From NCBI GenBank assembly GCA_964623985.1, contig CAZUXG010000003.1, positions 1 to 55,247 of the forward strand: DNA of 55,247 nucleotides, in the 5' to 3' direction. This stretch comes from an uncultured Thermodesulfobacteriota bacterium. Lineage in GTDB: Bacteria > Desulfobacterota > Anaeroferrophillalia > Anaeroferrophillales > Tharpellaceae. Made by a program: the position numbers and the translations under genes. The notes beneath the pieces were generated by a model, which worked only from the letters and a program-made list of their open reading frames with translations, was not told the origin of the DNA and did not search any database. Positions within the stretch are counted from its first letter, which is position 1. Each line of letters opens with the position of its first letter. Shown piece by piece: positions 1 through 11,211 of this stretch.

Positions 1-158
1 AGGGAGAAGACCAGACCGAATTTGATCAGCGCCGCCAGGATGGTCCAGCCTTCCCTTAAATTGCGGGACTTTTCGCCGGTCAAAAGGATTAGAAAAGCGG
101 CAATCATCGAGACCAGTACAGCCCACAACGGTTTTGCCGAATAGATCACCTCACCCAT
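1..158 (-). CDS. Second MrpD/NuoN-like antiporter subunit, N-terminal ~52 codons only (gene continues beyond the window start)
   Basis: Read by hand, too short for the ORF track. ATG at 158-156 is preceded by AAGAGGA. Translation MGEVIYSAKPLWAVLVSMIAAFLILLTGEKSRNLREGWTILAALIKFGLVFSL is a hydrophobic N-terminus of the same type as the MrpD-like ORF upstream. Confidence 0.5.
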   Translation of the reverse strand, partial: MGEVIYSAKPLWAVLVSMIAAFLILLTGEKSRNLREGWTILAALIKFGLVFS

Positions 159-188
159 GAATTACAAATCCTCTTAGAAAATAGTTTA

Positions 189-298
189 GTAACTATTTAG
201 GTTCCGTTCTCGAATTGTCACGATGTGGGGACAGACCTTTAGTTCTGTCCCCGGTTATAGAGGGCGAAGCAAAGTTCGCACAGTTCTCTGTTTGTTAA
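189..298. repeat. Intergenic structured repeat, copy 1 of 3 (~110 nt), inside the mrp operon
   Basis: GTAACTATTTAGG … GAATTGTCACGATGTGGGG-ACAGA-CCTTTAGT-TCTGT-CCCC … GGGCGAAGCAAAGTTCGC …. Hairpin GGGGACAGA/TCTGTCCCC (227-252) and GCGAA/TTCGC (264-279). Confidence 0.85.
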
Positions 299-315
299 AT
301 GTTACTGGCCACTAT

Positions 316-1812
316 TTAAAATGTTGCCGGTACTGCATGTTGAATTACTGTACTGATGATTTTTCCGCTTAGAGGGCCGAGAATAATAATAATCGTTGCC
401 ATGATCAGGATCGGAATTAGCAGATCCGCCGGAGCCTCGTCGCGGGCGATGACCACCTCTTCGTGGCCGTGGTCGTGAGTGGTGCCGTTCAAGGGGGCGA
501 GATAGGCTTTTTCAATGATGCGAAAGAAGAGGATTGCATTAATCAGGCTGCTTATTAATAGAGTGATTGCGAAAACCCACTGCTTGGCTTCAATTGTGCC
601 CATAATCAGATACCATTTACTGAAGAAACCACAGGCTGGTGGAATCCCGCACATTGAAAGGGCAACGATAACAAAGGCACCCATAGTGTAGGGCATCTTT
701 TTATTAAGATTTTGAAAGTGGAAGATCTCCCGACCGTGACCTTTATAAGAGATGGCTCCGATTATCAGAAAGAGGCAGAAGATCATACAGGCGTCATTGA
801 CGATATGGAGTATGGCACCGGTCAGGCCGGGCCGGTTCATGACACTGATTCCCATAACAATGTAGCCGACCTCGGCAATCATGATATAGGTAACCATTCT
901 TTTGATATCGGTTTGGGCCAGGGCCTTGATACCGCCGACAATGATGGCGACTACCGCCATCCATCCGAGAATTGTCGCTACGGGTACGACGGAAATGGAG
1001 AAATCAGGTTGGAAAAGGGTAAACATGATGCGAATCATGATATAGGCTGCAACCTTGGTCATTAAAGGGGCAATCAGGGCGCTGACCGGGTTGGGAGCTG
1101 TAGTGTAGGCATCCGGCATCCAGGTGTGGAGCGGGAAGAGTCCCATTTTGATAGCGACGCCGGTTGTAAAAAAGGCAAATCCGACAAGAATCACCTTTGA
1201 ATGGTAAAGGTTGGGCAGGATGGTTGCGAGATCGGCAATATTAAGGGAGCCGGTAGCCATGTAGAGATAGCCGACGCCAAGCAGGTAGAAGCTGGCACCG
1301 ATAGTGCCGATAATAATATAATTAAAGGTCGCCATCGGGGCCCCGTCTTCACCGTGGGCGATGAGACCGTATCCTGAAAGAGAAGAGATTTCAAGAAAGA
1401 CGAAGATATTGAAAAGATCGCCGGTGATGACAATGCCCAGTAAACCGGTAATCTGAAGAAGTAGCAAGGTGTAAAAGTTAGTTTCTTTACCCCGGATATC
1501 CATTGTGATCCCGGGTTTGGCGCTAATTGCCGCGAGCAGGCCAATAGCGGCGATCAGAACCAGCATCAGACCACTTAAATGGTCGATTCGGTATTCAATA
1601 CCCCAAGGTGGGGCCCAGCCGCCAAGATTGTAGCCGAAGGGGCCACTTCTGATAACTTGTAAAAGGGCACCGCCGGCAGCATATAGCGGGACAGCCAGAA
1701 TCATCAGTGCCCAAGGGCGGCAGAGATGGCGATAACGCCAGCCGATAATCGGAGTCAGGAAGGCCCCGAGCAACGGGGCGATTATGATAAAAGCGGGAAG
1801 CTGATCTGTCAT
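316..1812 (-). CDS. mrpD: Mrp/Mbx-type cation:proton antiporter subunit D (NuoL/M/N-family proton-conducting membrane subunit)
   Basis: 498-aa polytopic ORF with the family-typical GLFPLHTWMPDAYTTAP segment. It follows an mrpC-like gene. Confidence 0.85.
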   Translation of the reverse strand: MTDQLPAFIIIAPLLGAFLTPIIGWRYRHLCRPWALMILAVPLYAAGGALLQVIRSGPFGYNLGGWAPPWGIEYRIDHLSGLMLVLIAAIGLLAAISAKPGITMDIRGKETNFYTLLLLQITGLLGIVITGDLFNIFVFLEISSLSGYGLIAHGEDGAPMATFNYIIIGTIGASFYLLGVGYLYMATGSLNIADLATILPNLYHSKVILVGFAFFTTGVAIKMGLFPLHTWMPDAYTTAPNPVSALIAPLMTKVAAYIMIRIMFTLFQPDFSISVVPVATILGWMAVVAIIVGGIKALAQTDIKRMVTYIMIAEVGYIVMGISVMNRPGLTGAILHIVNDACMIFCLFLIIGAISYKGHGREIFHFQNLNKKMPYTMGAFVIVALSMCGIPPACGFFSKWYLIMGTIEAKQWVFAITLLISSLINAILFFRIIEKAYLAPLNGTTHDHGHEEVVIARDEAPADLLIPILIMATIIIILGPLSGKIISTVIQHAVPATF

Positions 1813-1979
1813 TAAAATAAATTTGTTAAGTTTTTAGTTTCTGAACGGAAGATGCTTCAATCCAGGCCTTGCAAGAGGTTTTAGCCGGTTTTTACAGCCG
1901 AGATTTTTAAAAAGCTGTCAGCGATTAACTTTTAGAATTCCGGCTCGATTTCTTGACCTGACACCTGACAGCTAATTGC

Positions 1980-2393
1980 TTAACCCAGCGTTTTGTAGGA
2001 AGAGGCATCTTTTCTGAGCGCCATAATCTCATCCTCCTCCAGGGTGTTGTAACGTTTATATATAAGGATAAGCGTTGCCAAGGCAACCCCGGTAGTTGCG
2101 ATCGAGACGACAATTGCGGTCAGCATCAGAACATGGGGCAGGGGGTTTAAGTAGTCGGCTACCTTGATGAGGTGTTCGCCGTGACCGTGACCATTTTCCA
2201 TAAGAATCGGCACCGTAGCTCCACCTTTCTTGACCCCGATGGAGACGAAAAAGAGGATGATTGAGGTTTGGAAGATATTCATGCCGATCAGTTTCTTGAC
2301 GAGATTGCGCTTGCCCATCATGGCATAGAGGCCAATCATCATGAGGACGACGTAGATCCAGAAATTATATTTGGCAAGGATGTACTCAAGCAT
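1980..2393 (-). CDS. mrpC: Mrp antiporter subunit C (NuoK-like)
   Basis: 137 aa with 3 TM helices. N-terminal half (FWIYVVLMMIGLYAMMGKRNLVKKLIGMNIFQTSIILFFV) is typical of MnhC/NuoK. Start overlaps the upstream gene by 8 nt. Confidence 0.8.
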   Translation of the reverse strand: MLEYILAKYNFWIYVVLMMIGLYAMMGKRNLVKKLIGMNIFQTSIILFFVSIGVKKGGATVPILMENGHGHGEHLIKVADYLNPLPHVLMLTAIVVSIATTGVALATLILIYKRYNTLEEDEIMALRKDASSYKTLG

Positions 2394-2700
2394 CTACTTT
2401 TTTCCTTCCTTTCTTTTCTTCCCGGATACGGCGCAAGAGAAAGAGGCAGGAGATCGAGGCTGTGAAGATGACTGCGGTCTCCCCTAAAGTGTCATATCCT
2501 CGGTAATCAGCCAACACCGCCGAGACAAGATTGGGAGTCGCGGTCTTCTCGGTAGCCTCAAGAATATAGCGTGGTGAGACATGGGAGTTGGCCGGTGAGT
2601 TGGGGTCGCCCCAGGCCGGCATGTCATGCATACCGTAAACCAGTAGGGCGCCGGTCATGATGACCGCCACCCAAGAGATCAGTTTGAACCAGCTTTTCAT
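2386..2700 (-). CDS. MbhE-like small subunit (MnhB-related domain, as in the C-terminal extension of MrpA)
   Basis: 104 aa. Motif LVSAVLADYRGYDTLGETAVIF matches the DxRGxDTLGE signature of MnhB-related domains. Confidence 0.7.
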   Translation of the reverse strand: MKSWFKLISWVAVIMTGALLVYGMHDMPAWGDPNSPANSHVSPRYILEATEKTATPNLVSAVLADYRGYDTLGETAVIFTASISCLFLLRRIREEKKGRKKVDA

Positions 2701-2945
2701 TAATCTTTTGACCTCCGGGTGGTTTTGTTGATGGCGGCGATAAAGAGCACCGTACCGATGCCGGCTCCGACCGAGGCTTCGGTAAAGGCGACATCTACGG
2801 CACCCATTTCAGTCCAGAGCAGACACATGAAAAAACTGTAGGCCCCGAGGATGATGACGGCGCTTAAAAGATCCTTGATGTTGATGGCGGCGACGGCGCA
2901 GACCACAATAAAGAGTAGCAAGACGATGTCGAGTTGCCAAATCAT
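2700..2945 (-). CDS. MbhD/DUF4040-like small membrane subunit
   Basis: 81 aa, three hydrophobic helices. Its position between the mrpG-like and MbhE-like genes matches Mbh/Mbx modules. It has 1-nt and 4-nt overlaps with its neighbours. Confidence 0.6.
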   Translation of the reverse strand: MIWQLDIVLLLFIVVCAVAAINIKDLLSAVIILGAYSFFMCLLWTEMGAVDVAFTEASVGAGIGTVLFIAAINKTTRRSKD

Positions 2946-3259
2946 GGTTTATTCTCCTTTTTTTTCGTCCACGGCTTGACTCCACAGCGAAAGGCGGCTC
3001 GGCAGATTGAATGGGTGCCGGTTGGGTTGGCAAGGAAGACAAAGGCCGCAATCAGAAGAAGTTTTACACTGTCAAGGGTGAAGCCATGGTGAATAGCGAG
3101 GCCGCAAAGACAAAGGAGGACGGCTAAAGTGTCGCTTTTGCCAGTGGCATGCATACGGGTGTAGAAATCCGGGAAACGCAAGATTCCGATAGAGCCGGTC
3201 ATGAAGAAAAAACAACCCGAGCAAATGAAAATTACTGCGATAATGTCGGCAATCGTCAC
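2942..3259 (-). CDS. mrpG: Mrp antiporter subunit G
   Basis: 105 aa. The N-terminus MTIADIIAVIFICSGCFFFMTGSIGILRFPDFYTRMHATGKSDTL is the MnhG/PhaG signature. Confidence 0.85.
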   Translation of the reverse strand: MTIADIIAVIFICSGCFFFMTGSIGILRFPDFYTRMHATGKSDTLAVLLCLCGLAIHHGFTLDSVKLLLIAAFVFLANPTGTHSICRAAFRCGVKPWTKKKENKP

Positions 3260-3526
3260 CTAAATCTCCCCCTCGTTTTCAAAATAACGTGCGGCTGCCA
3301 GAGTGCCGATGAAATTGAGGATGGCGTAGACCATACTGATATCGATAAACATGGCGATTCGTTTGTAGAGAAAACCTATTAAGACGAGGATGATCAGGGT
3401 CTTGGTGCCGATGGCGCCAACCGCTACCATGCGGTCGATAATCGTAGGCCCGACAATCATCCGGTAGAGGCAAGGCAGAATCAGAAGGCAGAGAAAAAGG
3501 CTGATGCCGAGAAAGAAACTATTCAT
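3260..3526 (-). CDS. mrpF: Mrp antiporter subunit F
   Basis: Small 3-TM protein (…YRMIVGPTIIDRMVAVGAIGTKT…) typical of MnhF. The start was moved to ATG 3526 (GAGGA SD, 8-nt overlap with the upstream stop). The track start 3556 has no SD. Confidence 0.7.
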   Translation of the reverse strand: MNSFFLGISLFLCLLILPCLYRMIVGPTIIDRMVAVGAIGTKTLIILVLIGFLYKRIAMFIDISMVYAILNFIGTLAAARYFENEGEI

Positions 3527-4625
3527 CCACAGCTTCCTCTGCTGCAACATAGTCATCTATAATCAAGGCTTTCGAGGGATCGTCGGGGAGTTCGCCGGCA
3601 GTGGCGATATCGAAGAAAATTGAGGTCATGCAGGCCATGACTGCGATGCCGACGCCGATCTCGACGCCTAAAATTCCGAGTGAACGGGATTGGGGGGCGC
3701 CGACCCTTAAAAAAAGATCAAGTTTTTCATAATCGAGGAAATTACCACCCAGTAGCAGACACAAAAGACCCAGCCCTCCGTAGATGAAGACTCCGGTACA
3801 GCAGAGCAAGGTAGTTAGTTTTTCGGTAACCTTGGTCATCGTTCTTCTGAAACCGAAGGCGAGTGTCAGGAGGACGATGCTGGCGGCCAGAATAACGCCT
3901 CCTTGAAAACCGCCGCCCGGTGAATAGTGGCCGTGAGCGATAACGTAAAGGGCGTAGATCTGAATGAATGGGGTAAAGAGGCGGACGATGGTTTTGACAA
4001 TCAGGTTACTTGATTCGGCCGCCAGCATAGCGCTGGACCTTTCATGAGCGTGAGCGATTGGGAGAAATACTCTTTCAATCCGGTCTTCCATGTCTCCGGT
4101 TAAGAGATCATCGGCAACCTTGTTGTCGATTGCATGAATGTAGAAAATGTTCTCATCAAGTTCAACGGTAATGGTTCCCGGGGTCAAGGTTACGGAGTTT
4201 GCAAAAGTAACCAGGGCCAGGCCGTTGGTTAATTTAGTCTGGTAGGGGATGATACTGGGTTTGAGCCGGTCAAGCGGCGAAAAAACCAGTTTTGCCAGAT
4301 ATATATTAGAAAGGATAATCTGGTAAAGGTGCCAAGGGATATAGGTGAGCAGCCGCGGGATAATCAGATAGGTGTCCTCGGCACCGACATGAACAAAAAG
4401 GAAACCACCTGAGGTGTAGGAGATCAGTAGGCAGCAAAAAATACCGATTGTTATGTGAAACAGGTCATAGTGACCGGAGAGTAGGAGCCAGAAGAGAAAA
4501 AGCAGGACAAAGGCCAGGGTAAAATGTCTTACCTGTAAGACTCGTTTCTGCGTAAAAACGGGCTGGTCAGGGGTGCGAGGTGTGTGAGGTTTGGTCTGGG
4601 GAGTAGTTGTAGCCTCGTTGTTCAT
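3519..4625 (-). CDS. Fusion of Mrp subunit E (N-terminal) and Mrp subunit B (C-terminal)
   Basis: 368 aa. The N-terminal half has the MnhE signature NSVTLTPGTITVEL. The C-terminal half has the MrpB signature GHYSPGGGFQGG followed by TM helices. Confidence 0.75.
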   Translation of the reverse strand: MNNEATTTPQTKPHTPRTPDQPVFTQKRVLQVRHFTLAFVLLFLFWLLLSGHYDLFHITIGIFCCLLISYTSGGFLFVHVGAEDTYLIIPRLLTYIPWHLYQIILSNIYLAKLVFSPLDRLKPSIIPYQTKLTNGLALVTFANSVTLTPGTITVELDENIFYIHAIDNKVADDLLTGDMEDRIERVFLPIAHAHERSSAMLAAESSNLIVKTIVRLFTPFIQIYALYVIAHGHYSPGGGFQGGVILAASIVLLTLAFGFRRTMTKVTEKLTTLLCCTGVFIYGGLGLLCLLLGGNFLDYEKLDLFLRVGAPQSRSLGILGVEIGVGIAVMACMTSIFFDIATAGELPDDPSKALIIDDYVAAEEAVDE

Positions 4626-5023
4626 TGGTTGTCGTATGACCGATTAGGGCTGATTTTTCAATTAGAGAGGGTTGGTTCGTTGGCTGAATATTAGTTTGTT
4701 TATGATAAATCTTGAAGTGCTGATGATGTAGAGGATAAAATGAAGTTATTAACCTAAATATTATAACTTTTGATGATTTTTTGTCAAGATATTTTTTAGT
4801 AAAATTAGGTTCTTAGGAGAGGGGGCGCGGTCGTAAAAAAAACTTGACTTAAAAAGCTTCAGTATGATAGCTATGCGCCCGCTTAGCAACCTGTAATAAT
4901 GGGCAAAATTAAACATTTTAACTGGATTGGATGCCATTCTCAGATGTTGGTTTTCCGGTGCCCTCGGGATCCGGTGTTGAATACATCAAAAGTGGTCGAT
5001 GGAATCAGTAGGAGTAGAGTGCT

Positions 5024-5449
5024 GTGATAGATCTTAATGCAACACTGTTTATCCAGTGGGGCATATTTATAGCCCTGATGGTTTTTTTGCATTTTTTCCT
5101 TTTCAAACCGGTGTTGCGGGTGATCGACGCCAGACAGGCCAAGGTTGAGGGGACTTTTGCCGGCGCCCAAGATCTTCAGGCTAAGGCAAAAAAGGATCAG
5201 GACGAGTACCAGGCCAAACTTGGGGCCTCCAAGGAGAAACTCTTTGCTCGTACCGCGGCCATCCGTGAGAGTGCAGTAAAAAATGCCAAAGGGCTCATGG
5301 AAAAGGCTCGGGAAGAGGCTCAGGTTCAGATTGAGTCCACCAAAGAGCGGGTTCGGAATGATTCTGAAATTGTGCGTAAAGAGCTGGTTGCCAATGTTGA
5401 TAGCCTGGCCCGCGAAATTGCCGGCAAGATTCTTGAGAGAAAAATTTAA
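5024..5449 (+). CDS. F-type ATP synthase Fo subunit b'
   Basis: 141 aa with a GTG start and an AGGAG 9 nt upstream. It has one N-terminal TM helix and then a long charged coiled coil. It is the first of two b-type genes. Confidence 0.8.
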   Translation: MIDLNATLFIQWGIFIALMVFLHFFLFKPVLRVIDARQAKVEGTFAGAQDLQAKAKKDQDEYQAKLGASKEKLFARTAAIRESAVKNAKGLMEKAREEAQVQIESTKERVRNDSEIVRKELVANVDSLAREIAGKILERKI

Positions 5450-5487
5450 CCTGAACTGATTTTTAGGTATAAGAGGGACCGGGTGGG

Positions 5488-6108
5488 ATGGATAGTCGTG
5501 TAAAGAGTAGAACCGGGAAGATCGTGCTGGCTGCCCTGATGATTGGGTTGATGGTTGTCGCAGCCGAAGCTGCCGAACATGGCGGTGTCGAACATAAGAG
5601 TCTCTTGACCCTGTTGGTTGAGAACCCGATGCCCTTGCTCAAAGATTTTCTCTGGCGGGTTCTGAATATTGCGGTTGTGCTCTGGGTCATCATTAAGTTT
5701 GCCGGTAAGCCGGTCCGTGAATTTTTTGCCGGTCGTCGTGAAACTCTTTTGCAGGGGGTTCAGGAGGCTCAGGAGGCAAAAGCGGCGGCCGAAAGTATCT
5801 ACAGCGAGTATCAGTCAAAACTTGTCGGTCTTGAAGGTGAGTTGCAGGAGATGGAAAAACGGGCTCAACTTGAGGCTGAGCGTGAAAAAGAGAGAATGCT
5901 GCAGGAGACTGAAGCTTTAGTAGCCAAACTCCAGCAGCAGACCCGGCAGATGGCCGATCAGGAAGTTTCCACAGCCCAGCGCACCTTGCGTGATGAGGCG
6001 GCTCGTTTGGCGGTTGAAGTGGCTGAACGTCTGGTCAAAGAGAATGTCAGTGATACCGACCGTAAGATGATGGTCGAAAACTATCTAGAAAAAGTAGTGA
6101 GGGCGTGA
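5488..6108 (+). CDS. atpF: F-type ATP synthase Fo subunit b
   Basis: 206 aa with an N-terminal TM region and then an A/E/Q/R-rich coiled coil. It lies immediately upstream of the delta subunit. Confidence 0.8.
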   Translation: MDSRVKSRTGKIVLAALMIGLMVVAAEAAEHGGVEHKSLLTLLVENPMPLLKDFLWRVLNIAVVLWVIIKFAGKPVREFFAGRRETLLQGVQEAQEAKAAAESIYSEYQSKLVGLEGELQEMEKRAQLEAEREKERMLQETEALVAKLQQQTRQMADQEVSTAQRTLRDEAARLAVEVAERLVKENVSDTDRKMMVENYLEKVVRA

Positions 6109-6109
6109 A

Positions 6110-6649
6110 TTGATTCGCGATATTATTGCCAAGAGATATGCTAAAGCCTATTTTAATTTGGCCCGGGAACAGGATCGTCTGCTTGAAGCGCGGACAGAGT
6201 TAAGTGAGTTTGTTGCCTTTCTTGATGAACAGCCGGAGCTTCGCGTGATACTTTACAATCCGGTTTTTGAGGTCGCGCAGCGCAAGGCGGTTCTCAACGC
6301 ACTTCTCGACAAACTTGAAGTATCGTCCCCCTTACGTAGTCTGCTAGCTATCTTGGTCGACAAAAATAAGATCGCTTATGTTGGCCTTGTCGCTGAAAAT
6401 TTCAGCAGCCTGGTGGATGATGCAGAAGGCCGGATGAAGGTTGCAATCAGCAGTGCTACAGCCTTGGGCAAAAAGTCTCTGAACGAGCTGCAAAAAGAGT
6501 TCTCACGCTTGACCGGTAAAGAGGTTGAGCTTGAAGTTGAAGTCGACGAGTCCCTTATCGGTGGCATCGTGGCCCGTTACGGGGGTATGGTTTACGATGG
6601 TAGTATCAGGACTCAGTTAAATTATTTTGGCGAGGCCCTTAAAGCTTAG
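6110..6649 (+). CDS. atpH: F-type ATP synthase subunit delta (OSCP)
   Basis: 179 aa with a TTG start. The C-terminal …IGGIVARYGGMVYDGSIRTQL… matches the delta/OSCP signature. Confidence 0.85.
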   Translation: MIRDIIAKRYAKAYFNLAREQDRLLEARTELSEFVAFLDEQPELRVILYNPVFEVAQRKAVLNALLDKLEVSSPLRSLLAILVDKNKIAYVGLVAENFSSLVDDAEGRMKVAISSATALGKKSLNELQKEFSRLTGKEVELEVEVDESLIGGIVARYGGMVYDGSIRTQLNYFGEALKA

Positions 6650-6772
6650 GGCAAACTTGTTAAACCAAAAGAAAAGATAACCTGTAATGACAGGTTGTTT
6701 ATAGTTTTGAATAGGGAAGTTTAGAACGGTTACCTTAGACAACGAACTGTTTTTAGGGAGTAGTAAGAGGCC

Positions 6773-8281
6773 ATGGAATTACGCGCTGAAGAGATAAGTC
6801 AGATTATCAAAGATCAGATTGAAAACTATGAGAAGAAGGTCGAGGTCAGTGAAACCGGAACTATCCTGACGGTAGGTGATGGTATTGCACGTATCTACGG
6901 TCTTGAGAATGCTATGGCCGGAGAACTCCTGCTCTTTCCCCATGATATCTATGGGATGGTTCTAAACCTGGAAGAGGATAATGTCGGGGCGGTCCTTTTT
7001 GGTGAGGATATTGAGATCAGCGAAGGCGATGAGGTTAAACGAACTGGTCGTATTGTTGAAGTTCCTGTCGGCGAAGCTCTTTTAGGGCGTGTCGTTAATG
7101 CTCTGGGACAGCCGATTGACGGTAAGGGCCCGATCGATACCGATTTGAGCCGCCGGGTCGAAATCAAGGCCCCCGGGATTGTTGATCGCCAGTCGGTTTT
7201 TGAACCTCTGCAGACGGGCTTAAAAGCTATTGACGCAATGGTGCCGATTGGCCGGGGCCAGCGTGAGCTGATTATTGGTGACCGGCAAACCGGTAAGACG
7301 GCGGTCGCCCTTGACACTATCATCAACCAGAAAGATACCGATGTTTATTGTATCTATGTGGCGATCGGTCAGAAACGTTCAACCGTTGCCCAGGTGGTGG
7401 CCAAGCTAGAAGAGTTTGGGGCTATGGAGTATACGACTGTGGTTGCGGCAACCGCCAGCGAACCGGCGCCGCTACAGTTTATTTCCCCCTATGCCGGGGT
7501 TACTATGGGTGAATATTTTCGTGATAATGGCAAGCATGCTTTGATTATCTATGATGATCTTTCCAAGCAAGCTGTGGCTTACCGTCAGCTCTCTCTGCTG
7601 TTGCGCCGGCCGCCGGGACGTGAAGCTTATCCCGGGGATGTTTTCTATGTCCATTCTCGTTTGCTGGAACGGGCTGCAAAAATGAGTGATGAGCGGGGTG
7701 GTGGTTCGCTGACCGCTTTGCCGATTATTGAAACCCAGGCCGGTGATGTCTCGGCTTACATTCCGACCAATGTTATCTCAATTACTGATGGTCAGATCTT
7801 TCTCGAATCTGATCTCTTTTATTCCGGCATCCGACCGGCAATCAATGTCGGACTTTCGGTCTCGAGGGTCGGTGGTGCGGCTCAGGTGAAAGCCATGAAG
7901 CAGGTTGCCGGGACGTTGCGCCTCGACCTGGCCCAGTATCGTGAGATGGCTGCTTTCGCTCAGTTCGGCAGTGATCTTGATAAAACAACGCAGGCCATGT
8001 TGGCACGAGGTTCTCGTTTGGTTGAAATCCTTAAGCAGGATCAATACTCTCCGTTCCCTCTGGAGAAACAGGTGCTTATCATCTTTGCCGCGATTAACGG
8101 TTTTGTTGATGATTATGATGAGTCGGTGCTGCTTCGTTATGAGGCTGAACTCAACGACTTTGTCAATGCCAACTACAGTTCAGTAATGGATGAGCTGCGA
8201 GAGAAAAAGAAGATTGATGATGACATTAAAGCCAAGATCGAAGATGCTTTAAAAGCCTTCAAAGAAGTTTTTAAACCTTAA
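6773..8281 (+). CDS. atpA: F-type ATP synthase subunit alpha
   Basis: 502 aa with Walker A GDRQTGKT and full-length alpha-type sequence. Confidence 0.97.
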   Translation: MELRAEEISQIIKDQIENYEKKVEVSETGTILTVGDGIARIYGLENAMAGELLLFPHDIYGMVLNLEEDNVGAVLFGEDIEISEGDEVKRTGRIVEVPVGEALLGRVVNALGQPIDGKGPIDTDLSRRVEIKAPGIVDRQSVFEPLQTGLKAIDAMVPIGRGQRELIIGDRQTGKTAVALDTIINQKDTDVYCIYVAIGQKRSTVAQVVAKLEEFGAMEYTTVVAATASEPAPLQFISPYAGVTMGEYFRDNGKHALIIYDDLSKQAVAYRQLSLLLRRPPGREAYPGDVFYVHSRLLERAAKMSDERGGGSLTALPIIETQAGDVSAYIPTNVISITDGQIFLESDLFYSGIRPAINVGLSVSRVGGAAQVKAMKQVAGTLRLDLAQYREMAAFAQFGSDLDKTTQAMLARGSRLVEILKQDQYSPFPLEKQVLIIFAAINGFVDDYDESVLLRYEAELNDFVNANYSSVMDELREKKKIDDDIKAKIEDALKAFKEVFKP

Positions 8282-8366
8282 AGTTTTCCGTTTTTTGACC
8301 CTCCGATTCGCAACTGAATCGGAGTTTGGTGGGTAAAGTCTTTGGCTGAAGCAGGATTATTGATAG

Positions 8367-9230
8367 ATGGCAAATCTAAAAGATATCAGAAAACGCATAA
8401 GCAGCGTTAAAAGTACGCAGCAAATCACCAAAGCCATGAAGATGGTGGCCGCCTCTAAATTAAAAAAAGCGCAGGATGGTGTCGTTCAGGCGCGTCCCTA
8501 TGCGGCCAAGATGAGTGATGTGCTGGCCAGTCTTGTGGTTCGTGTGAAGCCCGGCAAACATCCCCTGCTCGAGCGTCGCGACGAGAAAAAAATCGAGTTG
8601 CTGGTTATTACCTCAGATCGGGGTCTGTGTGGCGGGTTCAATACAAACGTGACCAAAGCGGCGGACAATTTTCTTCAAGAGAAGCAAGGTGTCTGTGAAG
8701 ATGTTGTCATGAGTGTGATTGGGCGTAAAGCCCGCGATTACTACCGGCGTCGCAACTGGGAATTTAAAAACCAGGAGCTCAATCCCGGAAGTACCAGTTT
8801 CAGTCAAGCCGAAGTAATTGCCCGTCCTGTAATAGATCGCTATGTCGAGGGTGAAATTGACGCCGTCTATGTAGCTTACACCGAATTTAAGTCGGCCATG
8901 ACTCAGAATATTGTCGTCAAACGCCTTCTTCCGCTTGAACCGAAAGTTCTGGCCGAGGATGAAGTTCCGGTTGAGTATCTCTACGAACCATCCGAAGACG
9001 CTCTGTTGGCGGATATTATTCCTCGCTATATCTATACGCAGATGTTCAGCATGATGCTTGAATCGATTGCCAGTGAACATGGTTCACGGATGACGGCAAT
9101 GGATTCCGCAACCAATAATGCTACTGAGATGACAGCAAAATTGACGTTACTTTATAACCGGGCCCGGCAAGCTGCAATTACTACGGAATTGATGGAAATT
9201 GTCAGCGGTGCAGAAGCGCTTAATTCGTAA
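8367..9230 (+). CDS. atpG: F-type ATP synthase subunit gamma
   Basis: 287 aa. N-terminus MANLKDIRKRISSVKSTQQITKAMKMVAASKL and C-terminus ITTELMEIVSGAEAL are gamma signatures. Confidence 0.95.
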   Translation: MANLKDIRKRISSVKSTQQITKAMKMVAASKLKKAQDGVVQARPYAAKMSDVLASLVVRVKPGKHPLLERRDEKKIELLVITSDRGLCGGFNTNVTKAADNFLQEKQGVCEDVVMSVIGRKARDYYRRRNWEFKNQELNPGSTSFSQAEVIARPVIDRYVEGEIDAVYVAYTEFKSAMTQNIVVKRLLPLEPKVLAEDEVPVEYLYEPSEDALLADIIPRYIYTQMFSMMLESIASEHGSRMTAMDSATNNATEMTAKLTLLYNRARQAAITTELMEIVSGAEALNS

Positions 9231-9263
9231 ATCAGGTTCACAGACTTTAAATTTTAGTGATAA

Positions 9264-10694
<1,431 letters not shown>

Positions 10695-10757
10695 CCTTAA
10701 TATAACTGAATCCTGAAGAATCTTTCACGGTGCTAACCTAAGTGAGATTTTAGAATA

Positions 10758-11165
10758 ATGGAAAGTGATAAAATACGCCTTGAGATTGCCAGCCCTTATC
10801 GCCAGGTTTTAAATGTTGAGGTCGATGAGGTTATAGCTCCTGGAGAAGAGGGACAGTTTGGAGTTCTGCCGGGCCATACCCCATTTCTGGCAACCATCAG
10901 TGTCGGGCAGTTGATGTATCGCCAGGGCAATCAGATGAAATATGTTGCGGTCTCGCATGGTTATGCTGAAGTTGAGTATCATCGGGTGATTGTCTTGCTC
11001 GATGCCGCTGAACTTCCTCATGAAATTGATCTTGAACGGGCTGAAAAAGCCCGCCTTCGGGCTGAAGGACGTCTGGCTGAACTTGGCCATGAAGATCGAG
11101 ACTACTATGAGGAGTTGGCAGCTCTTGATCGGGCCATGAACCGGATTACAATTGCCAAGATCTAG
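10758..11165 (+). CDS. atpC: F-type ATP synthase subunit epsilon
   Basis: 135 aa. It has a beta-sandwich N-terminal part (GEEGQFGVLPGHTPFL) and a helical C-terminus. Confidence 0.9.
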   Translation: MESDKIRLEIASPYRQVLNVEVDEVIAPGEEGQFGVLPGHTPFLATISVGQLMYRQGNQMKYVAVSHGYAEVEYHRVIVLLDAAELPHEIDLERAEKARLRAEGRLAELGHEDRDYYEELAALDRAMNRITIAKI

Positions 11166-11211
11166 TTTTCGATAAACTGAATAATTGTAGATAGCCTTAA
11201 AGAGGCTTAAA

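Noticed and set aside
4782-4868. Sigma70 promoter candidates for the atp operon (TTGTCA…TAAAAT and TTGACT…TATGAT).
   Set aside because: Both pairs have only ~13-nt spacers between the -35-like and -10-like hexamers. With correct 17-nt spacing the partner hexamers are poor. Not called.
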